Source: Albugo candida (Eukaryota). Taken from it: DNA of 64,000 nucleotides. The notes under the pieces are model-generated. The model was not told where the DNA came from, ran no database searches, and saw only the letters and a program-made list of their open reading frames with translations. The position numbers were made by a program, and so were the translations under genes. Shown here in pieces: positions 26,185 to 36,929 of this stretch. The number at the start of each line of letters is the position of its first letter. Position 1 is the first letter of the stretch. The stretch is taken from contig JBDOQK010000006.1 of assembly GCA_040437565.1 (NCBI GenBank), positions 434,001 to 498,000 of the forward strand, given 5' to 3'.

Positions 26185-27156
26185 ATGCGTGACGTGATTG
26201 TAACTGGAAGGCACCCAAGTCAAAATATGCGTCCAATATTAAAGCAGTCGTCTTCCACGAGCTTTAGCGTCGACTATCGAAAGAATTCGATCGATCAATC
26301 AGTGAATGAAAATTATGATAAGTCACAATCCAAGCCAGCCCATCGTCGTGTTACCTTTTCACCGTTTACAAAGCATTCTCACCGCCGAAAACGTTATCGC
26401 TGTGGTGAGAGTTCGAGCCAGAATAAATCATGCACAAGGGGAAAATCGCGTTCCCGCGTCACAAGTGGGATGTATCGAAAAGATTTAAAGCAAAGTCGTG
26501 ATCAAGATAGAGGATCTGGGATTGAAAACGTACGTAATGAGGAATGGAACGAGAGATTGATGATTATGGAAATGCTCTTTCGGTTTGCACAAATGCATTC
26601 GAAAAGTTTGAAGGAGAAGGTACAGGACGCTATCAGGAAGTATACGTCGATGCAACTCGTGATAGAATGGTTTCGAATGCATGCTAACAAGTTGAAAGTA
26701 TTCACAAGAAAAGAAAAAGCACTTTTGAGTGGACGACGAAATCGTGCAATTTCGCGATCGATTCAGAGACGCAACATACTGCCAAGAACCGTCGAAAACT
26801 CCATCAATTACAAAACTTCTGCAGCATCCAAATTTGACCGCCCACTTCGGCTAAAAAAAGCACATGAAGGATGCTTTAAGGCTTTTGTAAACTCATCAAA
26901 AGAAACTTTATCGTCAAGAAATGCAAACGAGGCAACTTTAACATCGATCTCAGGCACCCAATTTTCGATTGATGCACTACCGGGATTACGTCGGGCGCAG
27001 AATGAAGCAAAACATTTCTTNNNNNNNNNNNNNNNNNNNNNNNNNNNNNNNNNNNNNNNNNNNNNNNNNNNNNNNNNNNNNNNNNNNNNNNNNNNNNNNN
27101 NNNNNNNNNNNNNNNNNNNNCTCACTTGTGCTCGCGACCCGTCTCTAGCGAAGTAA
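26185..27156 (+). CDS. Hypothetical basic protein, interrupted by an N gap
   Basis: About 278 codons open before the gap; K/R/S-rich; no family recognised. Confidence 0.45.
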   Translation: MRDVIVTGRHPSQNMRPILKQSSSTSFSVDYRKNSIDQSVNENYDKSQSKPAHRRVTFSPFTKHSHRRKRYRCGESSSQNKSCTRGKSRSRVTSGMYRKDLKQSRDQDRGSGIENVRNEEWNERLMIMEMLFRFAQMHSKSLKEKVQDAIRKYTSMQLVIEWFRMHANKLKVFTRKEKALLSGRRNRAISRSIQRRNILPRTVENSINYKTSAASKFDRPLRLKKAHEGCFKAFVNSSKETLSSRNANEATLTSISGTQFSIDALPGLRRAQNEAKHFXXXXXXXXXXXXXXXXXXXXXXXXXXXXXXXXXXLTCARDPSLAK

Positions 27157-27268
27157 TACAATGATGCCATGTCTCTCTGTAATCACCGACCTAATCTTTT
27201 TCATCTGTTAGTTTTGTAATCTCAATTTGAAATCTCTACCCATCACAATAATCAAAAGGCCTGCATCG

Positions 27269-28435
27269 ATGGGGTCCGTGATCTCAGCGCTTGTATTTCA
27301 ACCACCACCACCGTCGTATTCTCTATCACCTCGATACTTTTTCCTTCAAAACGCATTGCAAACTAAAATTGCCGCCTTCTATATTGAGCAAAAGTAGGTG
27401 CATTCTTCTCAATTCTATAGAAAGCATATACACACATATCAATTACAATTGTAGCTTTCTGATTTGCATCTTGGTGCAGAAATGCAGACTATGCTCTACT
27501 TTTTTCGCATGGAAACGCAGAAGGTATAATGATTGGACCGAATCAAGTGGTTGTATTTCTGAATTGGTCAATTTCCAGATCTTGGTCTCATTTACGACTG
27601 GTTCTTCGAGATTAGTCAGCGACTTTGTGTCAGTATGAGCTTGGCACTTTACGAACGATTTGTCGAGATGATATTCTCCCTGATAATAGGTGAACGTACT
27701 GGCTTATGATTACACTGGATACGGACGGAGTGAAGGGATAGCGAGTGAAGATGCGTGTTATGAGGACATTAGAGCCGCATATTTATATCTACGTGATGTC
27801 AAGAAAATACCCTCATACAAGATCATTTTGTAAGGAAGAAGGGCGACGATCAATACAAGACTATATACTAAACTGTAAATGATTTAGATACGGCAGATCA
27901 CTTGGCTCTGGGCCAACTACGCATTTAGCAGCAGCATTATCCAGCTTAAAGCAAATTGTAGCTGGTGTGATACTGCAAAGTCCAGTCTTGTCGATGTATC
28001 GCGTGGTTTTTCAATTCCGATTTAGTATGCCTGGCGATCTGTTTTGTAATATTGATCGAATTGCTGACATTGAGTCGCCTATTACGATTATACATGGCAC
28101 ACGTGATGAAGTTGTTCCATTTTGGCATGCGGAAATTCTGTTTGAAACATGTCAACAAGAATGGCGGTTTAAACCTTTATGGGTAACCGATGCTGGACAT
28201 AATAATATTGAAGTCTTCTTGAGGTTTGCCATTACTAATTTTTCGTCTCGAGTCGTCCTGACGCAAAACTTTATCCTTTATTAGTGCTTTCGGCGATCGG
28301 TTTTTCGAACATTTGATTGAATTTGTAAACATTTGTCATACGACTACAACGATACGGATGGAAGATTCAAAGCTTTCAGATTCGACAGCCTCAGCTTCTT
28401 CATCATCTATTTTCAGCCGACTTTTTCATCGATGA
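27269..28435 (+). CDS. ABHD17: ABHD17-like alpha/beta hydrolase (depalmitoylase family), multi-exon
   Basis: MGSVISALVFQPPPPSY, LLFSHGNAEDLG, AYDYTGYG, YGRSLGSGP (nucleophile Ser), IIHGTRDEVV (Asp), AGHNNIE (His). Confidence 0.88.
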
Positions 28436-28623
28436 TAGATACTGCAATACTAATGAATAGTAATAAAGATATACGACGTTGATATCAATCGCAATGTATT
28501 CGATTTGGATAAGTCACACTCAGAAATTCAAAGCAGTTTTACGCATACACGAGGCTCCAATATTGTAATTTCAGATTCAACTCCAAAACGTTGATGGAAC
28601 ATTCTGAGTATCCAAGTAGCGAA

Positions 28624-29119
28624 TCAGTAGGATAAATGCTCCAATGACGGCGCTAGAGTATCAACCATTGCCTCCATTCTCGCACGTAATAATCCTACTT
28701 GTGTCGATAACTTCGTCGTATGCGCACAAAGAAGGAATTTTGCTCCGATTGGTGCGATCGCAAGACGCCCATTCTGCGCAGAGAAATATGTAATTAATAA
28801 TAAGAATTGAGTACGCTTCTCTTATTACCTGCAATTCAATGTTCAAAAATTGAAGGTTGTCAGTTTCCGCCACACAATCTTTCCCGGATTGATTGTACTC
28901 ATTCCAAGTATATGTTGCAATGGCACCAATGACTTTGTGATCGGAGGGATTCATGGAGCTTGACGATCCCATCAAAGCGCCTTCTAAAGTCAGCAGCCTA
29001 CAAAGAGGGTTAAATGTCAAAAGTGGGGTTTACAAGGAAGCGACATCGTACATAAACGCATCGACTTTATCATCGACAAGCTGTCCCAAGATTGCAGGAA
29101 GTGTGCGTGTTCGAAGCAT
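28624..29119 (-). CDS. LAMTOR2: Ragulator subunit LAMTOR2 (roadblock fold), 2 introns
   Basis: Spliced MLRTRTLPAILGQ.../LLTLEGALMG...KVIGAIATYTWNEY...DNLQFLNIELQ/NGRLAIAPIGAKFLLC...GLLRARMEAMVDTL aligns along its length with LAMTOR2 (MLRPKAL...LLNNEGSLL...AAIASNIW...DNLKFI...GRVAI...LLC...GMLKAKAQAL). Confidence 0.85.
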
Positions 29120-29631
29120 CTGAGATACGATACGCTAAAAATGGTGCAAAAATGATATATTTCTCGTCACTTTGCATTCACGATTGCATCTACTCTTGCG
29201 TTTAAGTTGATGGGATTACATGGTGGCGTTTTATGATGTGAGTGGTTGATATATGGACGGGTGCACACTTCATTCGCCTAGTGACTTGACCCTAATCCAA
29301 CCTAGAGAACGCGAGTAAAGACGAGATAAGTAGCACAGAATACTGGCTGAAGTTTGAGTCTACACGACACATTGTATCATATCAAATCTGAATTACCAGT
29401 GAAGACAAGAGTGCGTTTTCAATGCGTAAGGGAATGCTCCCATCAGAAGCTTTGTCAGTTCAAAGTCGCGAGGATAATTCAATCTTGTGCTCAATACAAT
29501 GACGGGTAATGGAACCCTTGGTGTAATGAAGTCGATTCAAAAGGGACTTTTCAATTCGCAGTCAGTGGGAGTGGTGCAATAAGCGCTTGTGTGCTTTATC
29601 ACTCTCGAATTTGACGTCTGTCAAGGAAGCA

Positions 29632-29886
29632 ATGCAATTAATATTTTGGTTATCAATTCTGGTTCTCGTCAGAAGTACAAATATGATGATGGATGATCCT
29701 ATGACAATGGACGATCCTATGAAAATGAATGATTCTATGACAATGGAAGACCCTCTCTCTATGGGAGGCCTTTGCCGTGGACGACTAACGGAATCAATGT
29801 GCGATGCATCTGAACAATGTCGGTGGAATGGAACGTGTACTGACAAGACGCCTCGAACTCCTTTGAATCTAAATCGAACGAATTAA
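29632..29886 (+). CDS. Small secreted Met-rich, 4-Cys peptide (candidate effector)
   Basis: MQLIFWLSILVLVRS signal-like peptide, (MxMDDP)x4 repeat, C-x8-C-x5-C-x5-C domain; 84 aa. Confidence 0.65.
   Translation: MQLIFWLSILVLVRSTNMMMDDPMTMDDPMKMNDSMTMEDPLSMGGLCRGRLTESMCDASEQCRWNGTCTDKTPRTPLNLNRTN
29683..29754 (+). repeat. 18-bp coding tandem repeat, 4 copies (ATG NNN ATG GAY GAY CCT consensus)
   Basis: ATGATGATGGATGATCCT / ATGACAATGGACGATCCT / ATGAAAATGAATGATTCT / ATGACAATGGAAGACCCT. Confidence 0.9.
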
Positions 29887-30194
29887 ATAAATGCACACTT
29901 TATTTTTTTACCTTTGATTACTTTCTGGTCTTTTGTAACTCATGCTCACTGGGCACTCCATCCACGCCTATCGCAATGCTTAGCGCTCAACCAGACCACG
30001 GGCAATAGAACATTTCAAATTGATTCCAACTGTAAAAATTTTACTCCTAAATATACCGGCGACTTTGATTTCTGGTTTCAAATTATCCAACAAGCAGTGT
30101 AAATTCCAGCCATCTGTTTGGAAAAAATAATGTATGATATGACTAATAATTACATTTAGATATATAAAACTTGTGGTTGCCAGTAGTTAAACAA

Positions 30195-30267
30195 TCCCAA
30201 TTAGTCTAGGCGGTTAGGATACGTGGCTTTCACCCACGCGACCCGGGTTCGAGTCCCGGATTGGGAA
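30195..30267 (+). tRNA. tRNA-Glu (anticodon TTC)
   Basis: Acceptor stem TCCCAAT/ATTGGGA, D arm TAGTCTAGGCGGTTAGGATA, anticodon arm CGTGG-CTTTCAC-CCACG, T arm CCGGG-TTCGAGT-CCCGG, followed by T runs. Confidence 0.95.
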
Positions 30268-30844
30268 TATTTTGTTTTTGAGACTTGTTGCAGTCGTTGG
30301 ACCATTTTGATAATGTTGGCGTGAGGAGGACAACTGTCGTAAGGGTATACACGTGAGCTGGAGGCTTATATAATGGGTTTTGATTGCTAATACTTGAGGG
30401 TGTCAGTGGTCTCCAATTCCAAGCTTTTTGCGCGTAGCAAATTAGCAGAAAATCTTATTCCGGGCTCATATACGTTTTGTAAAAGTAATATATATACGTT
30501 CCATCGACTGTTGCTGAGAGTGGGGCAGATGAGATTAAGAATGGAGAGGCTTACAGTTTCAGCGGTATGCTCGAGTGCAATCTTTAAGAAGAAACTTGGA
30601 ATTTTTTCTCAGATCAAGCACTTGAGTATTTCAGGAGCGTCACAGATGCGCGCAAGAGTTGGGTATTATTGTTGATACCTTGCACAACCTTAAAGTTTCT
30701 GCTATAAAACGACCGTATTTTGCATCGTTGATTATTGAAAGCGTTCATGAGGGCACGCTATTTGTTTGTTGTTTTCTTTTTTTTTAATTCATGCCTTATT
30801 GTCCCACACAGCGGCTACAATACAATCAACCGTGACAAGTAGGC

Positions 30845-31213
30845 TTAGAACGAAAGAAACAAAAATAATCGGATGCCTACAAGAATGAAGAACTACCAGA
30901 ATAGCGAAATAACTTATATTAATTACAATTAAGTACTGCAGCTCGACAAAGCTACAATCACAGCAGGATCCATGATGACGTAATGAGGTCATCAGGTACA
31001 TTCCATCGCTTTCACATTGTATCCTTGTTGACTTAATGAGGTCAACATGATAGACTCCAGTACTTTGACATCGTATCCTTATTGACGTAATGAGGTTATC
31101 CGGATAGTTTCCACCACTACCACATTGTAGACGTTATGAGGTCCTGCACAAATGCGCTGGTGCTTGCTTTCCAATTGCATACGACGCCGTGCTAGTTCAG
31201 AGCCTTATCGTGT
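30845..31213 (-). repeat. Diverged duplicate of the last codons and 3' flank of the gene ending at 31727 (3' end of a paralog entering the N gap)
   Basis: Homologous but not identical to ~31468-31748. On the minus strand it ends HDKALN* (stop 31192-31194) versus HDRTQN* in the intact gene. Confidence 0.75.
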
Positions 31214-31860
31214 NNNNNNNNNNNNNNNNNNNNNNNNNNNNNNNNNNNNNNNNNNNNNNNNNNNNNNNNNNNNNNNNNNNNNNNNNNNNNNNNNNNNNNN
31301 NNNNNNNNNNNNNTGATCATAAGCAAAATCTTGCAGTAGGGGTTCTATATCTGAAATCCAGATGTGCTCCCTAGTGTATCCATGTAATTCATACCTTTAC
31401 TTTGTCTGCTGCTTCGCTTTACTTTCAAACTATCATGTATTATCGTAATAACGCACGCTTCTGGGGTCATAACGAAAGAAATAATATATTGTAAGAGCAA
31501 GAAGCACCAAATAGAAAGAAACAAATACCAGAATAGCAAAATGACTTATATTAATTACAATTTAGTACTGCAACTCGACAAAGCTGCAATCAAACGGCAA
31601 AACCCATCATGACGTAATGAGGTCATCAGGGTAGATTCCAGCACTTTTGCATGTATCCATATTGACGTTATGAGGTCATGGACAAATGTTCCGGGTGCTT
31701 GCTTTCCAGTTGCATACGACGTCCTGCTAGTTCTGCGTCCTGTCGTGTCCAGTTGATATCCTTTCCAACTGTTTTCTTTGTGCTTCGATCTTGTACTCGA
31801 AATTCTGAAGCTTCATTTGCAGAATGCTTACATGAATCTTGAATGACGCAATGAGGTCAT
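30973..31860. repeat. Degenerate ~53-bp minisatellite built on a TGAC-N8-GTCA palindromic core (7 cores)
   Basis: TGACGTAATGAGGTCA-like cores at 30976, 31029, 31083, 31129, 31610, 31663 and 31844 (the last lies inside the CDS). Confidence 0.85.
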
Positions 31861-32952
31861 ATCCGATATACGCTTGACGATCCTGGACTGCCGCTTCTTG
31901 ATTGGAACTTCTATTTCCAGCTGTCTGATTCTGAACTGCAGACGACGTATTGTTGTCTTTTGTTTCTTTGAACGCTTCCGAATAAATCAGCTGATCCTTC
32001 ATGTAAGCCTTCAACTCCTGCAGGATTGTATAGTACTTCACGGCTTTCGCATTGCATTCCATATTTGCTTGCTCCAATTGCTCGATCCTTTCTTGGCTCC
32101 GTTGATGTTGCTGTCGGTGACGAAGCTCCATCTTGTCCATAAGAGCCGTTTGCGTTTCCGTTAATTCAGAAGTCTTCAAATCGCCTGCGTGCTTGAGCTC
32201 GATGAGTTGTTTTTGTTGCTGCTCCATGAAAACCTTGAACCCGTCCAGCATCGCCTTTGATCTTGACAACTCTTCTTTGAGTATCGTGTGTCCTTCCGTC
32301 AGCTCCTTCAACCTGTCCCCGTCCTTTTCGTGTGACTTGTAAGCATAATCAAGCTTGCGTTGACAAATCCGGTTGCGTTGACGGCTTACTTCCAGCTGGT
32401 TGTTGAGTTCTTGCACGTTTGCTTTGAGTATACCGATTTGTTGACTGGCGCTTCGAAGTTGAGTCGTCTTCGCCTCGAGGGAGCGCGACAACTGGACGTT
32501 CTCTTTTCTGAGTTGTGCTACTTCCCTCAGTCGTGGTTGCGTTTGTGTTGTTGGAGCTGCCGTCATGATTGGGGTTCTTGTCGCGGTTGAAACCGCAGAC
32601 ACTCTTGCAGTGGAGGGCGCTGTCGCACGCGCACCCGTACCCGCACCCATTACGGGGCGATTGACACGAGTCGCTGTCGGAGATGTCCGTTGAATTGGGG
32701 TTGCACGTTGGGTTGAGGTCGTTTGCTGAGTTGAAGCTGTTCGCTGAGTCAAAGTCGTCCTCGTGGTATTGGTACGACTGGACGTTGTTGGCGGTCGATC
32801 CACGCGCTGTGGCGCCGTGCGCTGCTGAGTACGTGCTGGTGTTGTCACCGTGAAGGTGTGCGTAGTACAAATCCGCCACCTACACGCTTCATAGTCGTCG
32901 CCGGTGTCGCATTCCGAATGGAAGTCGTAGTAGTCCTTCTTGTTTGCTGCAT
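31727..32952 (-). CDS. Hypothetical protein: Thr/Arg/Pro-rich basic N terminus plus long coiled coil
   Basis: 373-aa frame 31727-32848 lacks an ATG at its 5' end. An upstream segment of similar composition, MQQTRRTTTTSIRNATPATTMKRV (ATG 32952), is in another frame and needs a short intron or a frameshift to join. Confidence 0.65.
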
Positions 32953-33119
32953 GTTAATACAATAGTTAGTATTTGTAAGTAAATAAAAGGAACGACACAG
33001 ACAGATATTGACCTGACCTCCCAAGTCTCTTAGCATGATGCTGCATGCTGATTGGAGACATTTACCTTTAAAAAAGGCCGCGCTTCCCGAGCGATTATAA
33101 TCGAACTCACAATCAGCGG

Positions 33120-33230
33120 ATGAAATGGACATGTCGATGAGTACACCTCATGTTGTGTGCCATTTGCAATCCGTCAAGAGCTGCAAAACACACACATGAT
33201 GGGGTGTGCTCATTGATATGTGCACCTCAT
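33120..33230 (+). other. Long imperfect inverted repeat / RNA hairpin
   Basis: Arms 33120-33168 and 33182-33230 with a 13-nt loop; the four substitutions in the 33129-33151 stem section are all G-U compatible on the + strand. Confidence 0.7.
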
Positions 33231-34088
33231 GCAACCCGATAGCTATTTTTAGATGTGGCGATAAGGTCTACCGTGGATTCCGAAAGTAGCGCTATGGCCC
33301 TCCTATTAGAGGTCTATTATACATCGACGTATAGTGTCAATGTGATAGATGCAACATGACAATTAACTAACACGGTTACAAACGCAAGAAGTAAATGCAT
33401 GAAATACATATTTACAAAGTTAGTCCCCTGTCACATAAATGGCCCTATCTCAACGACTCTGATTCATTCGGAACAGCTTGTCGTGTGTCTGATTACTAAG
33501 CTTCTGTTGCAATGAGATTGCTTGATTGTACTACTTGACGCAGATAGCGTTTCAATGCGATTTGGCGCCGTTTGACTGGAGATTTTCTGACGTTGGCCTG
33601 AACATTGGTGTCTTCGTGCCTTAATCCGATACAGCATACCCAATGAAGTAGAGGAAGTGGGTATAGCCTCACTTATCCGGGACAATGTGCTGAATGGACT
33701 GAGCGAGAAGAGAAAAGCTCACTGATCCAAAGCGAATTGTCCAGTGAACAAAAACTCCAGTATTGGCGATCTGGCTGAAAAGTTCGAGACAATCGGCATC
33801 TTCTATTCGAGCAGCTTGACAGCCAAACGCATCCTGCTGTGATTTTTGACAGATTTGTACTTTGTGGAAGACTGAAGCATAAACTGCTATGAAAACGTGT
33901 CCAATGCCGCAAGGACCGCTATCACGTTGCCAAATTTCCATTTAATGCACTTGTTCCCAATGGTAATTGAAAATAATCATACGAATTGGGAGTACTGCAA
34001 GCGCTCTAAGCATGCTTTTACTGCCTTGACTATTGTTGTCTTCCTTGAGATAAAAGGATTCGCTCGCATCGGCTCCATAAATCTGATC

Positions 34089-35458
34089 TCATTTTGGTAT
34101 GCACTTCTCTAGGACTAGAGGAAGTGATTTCGAGAAACGCAGCCTTTCATACTGCTTTGCATGAATGGCATGGCTCGCTCTTGTCTCCACCTCCTGATTA
34201 TACAACTCCAGCAAATCGACTATCTGGAATAGCTGAGAACTGATTGTATCGAGTAATTGTTTCGATTCGTCTTCAAATTGCTCAAGTTTTGTGAGCTGTC
34301 ATAGAACGAGTCAGAAAAAAAATGACGTGACGTCGATCGTACCGAATCAGACATTTGCTTCTCTTCCATGACATTCAATGTGTCTTGCAATGTATTAGAC
34401 AATTGGAGCACTTCATTCCTCAATGCGCGCATGTCGGGCGGCGCAATATTTGCGATTGGTACTCTATCTACCGCCGATTTCACTGCTGAGCACATTTCAT
34501 ATAACTTTTCAGTGATCAAGTCTATTTCACGTGCTGCTTTGCCAAAACCGTCGACCTAAAGTAATATTAACGATATCGGTCAATCAGATTGTGAACAAAG
34601 GGAGATACCTGATGACTGAGATTCTTCTGCAAACGAAATACGTGTTTCTCTTGATCGATACGACCTCTTAATTCGTATAGTGACTCCTTCTTGCATTGCA
34701 AAACTTTCCATGCACCAAAAATCTGCGTCTACAAAAGATAGCATTTTTACTACTGAAATAAAACATCTAAGAGCGCGATACCATGGCACTTTTTTCTTGG
34801 GTTCGAAATGTCTCCTCTGACTTTGCTTCCACAAAACACATTTGATAATACAAGCATGTCAGTAGCTCTATGTCCATTAAATTGTCAGCGGCTTCATATT
34901 CTGTTGTCCCTTTGTGCGCGGTTTTCGCGGTGATCCTCTCAGCCGTAGTACCTTGACATTTCGTTCGACTTCCGACTACGTCCAATTTTTCCTCCTTTTG
35001 ACGTATGATAGTTCCGTCGGAATTGACTCGTGATCTTTTACGTTGTTTACTTGCTCGATACTCTTGTAGACGCTCCTTGATGCCACCATCGATCTTCTCG
35101 GGAGGAGCCTTCACTGCCTCGTGTTCATTCCGTGTGTGTGATTGCGTCTCAGCAGTAAATGCATCAGCGCTCCGCTTGATCTTATTTGCTTCCTTATTGC
35201 TACGATCTAGAAAACAGAAAACTTGCTTTCTGTGTATTCCCTTTAACTGGATACATCTTACGCGTGCACTCCGGTTTTGTGCCGAGTGTTTTGGAGTGTA
35301 AAGACGTTTTGCGCTCGTCCAAAGCTTCCGCATTGTGTTTCTGTATGGCCTGCACATATCGCGAGGCCACCACTTTGACTATCCAACATCAATAGCGTCA
35401 TGAATTGCGCATACATTCATTAGAAACAAATACCTTTCCTTTTCGACTTTTGCTCCAT
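34089..35458 (-). CDS. HAUS8: Augmin subunit 8 (HAUS8/AUG8/QWRF)-like, multi-exon
   Basis: N-terminal KVVASRY (cf. VSSRY/IESRY); LYYQMCFVEAKSEETFRTQEKSAM/TQIFGAW resembles the QWRF motif (LLQWRFANARAE...Q...A...AW); AVKSAVDRVPI resembles ALKASTLRLPV. Confidence 0.6.
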
Positions 35459-35694
35459 GACCGTCATATAAGGTCAACCACATCACATGAGGTACGTGTC
35501 TCAATAGGCTGTGACATGTTCTTCCTCTCTTTTTTCACCGACTGTCTCTTACGCTTACAACTCGCTTTTTCAATAAAATTCGCTGGCTGAAAACCTTATA
35601 TTTACGTTTTAAAATCGCGTCGTAAATAAAAACTCTTTATTTATTTTGGTATCAAATTTCATCTCTGCATTACAATCATTCTGAAAATTCTCTG

Positions 35695-36929
35695 ATGCAT
35701 AGCCACGAAAACGAGACGCTGAGCTTCTCATTCGCATGCGGAGGCTGGCTGAAGATGTATCTGTTCGGTGTGGCAAAAGCACTTCAGGAATACAAGCTTG
35801 AAAAGAATGCGCGGATGATAGGATCATCAGCCGGAGCTCTCGCCGCAACAGGACTGCACAGCAGTGTGATTTCGAGAGAATCAGAGAATATGTTGTGGAG
35901 CGTTGTGTCCCACAAGTGCATGCATCCTTTTTTGGAGCTTTTCGCGTCCGAGAATTCCTTATTGATACCATACGCGCGACATCCGATCTCAGTCGATTCC
36001 ACGAGCTCAATAAGAGTGATAGAGTCGGCTCCTTGACCATTGTCTATTCGTCTTTAACAGCAAGAAAGTCTAGACGAGCAACAAAATTCATTTCAGAAAA
36101 TCACTTGGAAAAATGCTTAATCGCCTCGTGCACAGCGGCTCCAATTGTCGGAATGCCGTTCAAATTGGATGGAGAATATGTGATGGATGGCGCTGTTTTC
36201 GATTTCCAACCGATAATTGACAAAGAGACAATTCGGATCAGTCCGTTTTATTGCACAGATGCAGACATACGACCTTCACAATACGTTCCTATTTGGTGGG
36301 CTGTATACCCGCCATCCCAAGATGACGTTCGATGGCTTTTTGATCTTGGGTATGAGGACGGGCTTGCTTGGATATCGCGCTCGGGTGTGTGCAAGCAGCG
36401 ATTGCCCACACGTAGCGCTCTTCCTTATTATGGTAAGAAGTCGAGCGTTCGGCGTGTACTCGGCTATCAGATGGGTGGAAATCGACTTGCGGAAATGCTA
36501 TTGCTCGGGTTCTTCATATCTGTTTGGAAACCTGTGACGTTCTTCCTCTTGTACATCGAATTATATTTGCAGTCGTACATTACAGGCTGTCGGGCCATCC
36601 TTCACAAAACTGCGGAGAAGCGAAGAGTTACTGCATTGATCGTCCTCGTCGCTCTGTGTGTTTCTTTCGGAGGGAAATTTCCAATATCCATTGCAGCTTT
36701 TGGTGCATTTGTACTGGCACTATCGTTAGTCGTGAGCTGTGTATACAATGGAGCTACACAGGTTGGTTCCGAAGACTGGAAGAAATGTCAAGCGTGTTTA
36801 CGAAATATCGCGAGTTTGTCGCTTTTCCTTCGCGCGATTCCAATTCTTGGTTCTTCAGTACAAGTCAAACGCCATCTTTTTTTGCTCGAGCACTCTTTTG
36901 TGTATCGAGTAGCGCATCATTGGGTTTAG
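35695..36929 (+). CDS. Patatin-like phospholipase (PNPLA/ATGL-like) with C-terminal TM helices; apparent frameshift near 35863
   Basis: FSFACGGW glycine loop and GSSAG nucleophile elbow in one frame; ASC...DGA catalytic Asp in a second frame starting at 35865 (CDFERIREYV). Confidence 0.8.

Noticed and set aside
30789-31135. Minus-strand frame with 18-aa repeats (QCxSxGxYxxDLITS)
   Set aside because: Arises from the 54-bp repeat unit; the frame is not kept between units or in the second copy.
30973-31150. CRISPR-like array (palindromic repeats at ~53-nt periodicity)
   Set aside because: The spacers are homologous to each other, the repeats are degenerate, there are no cas genes and the context is eukaryotic; it is a minisatellite.
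33421-34080. Possible small gene downstream of HAUS8-like
   Set aside because: No consistent exon chain or recognisable motif found.
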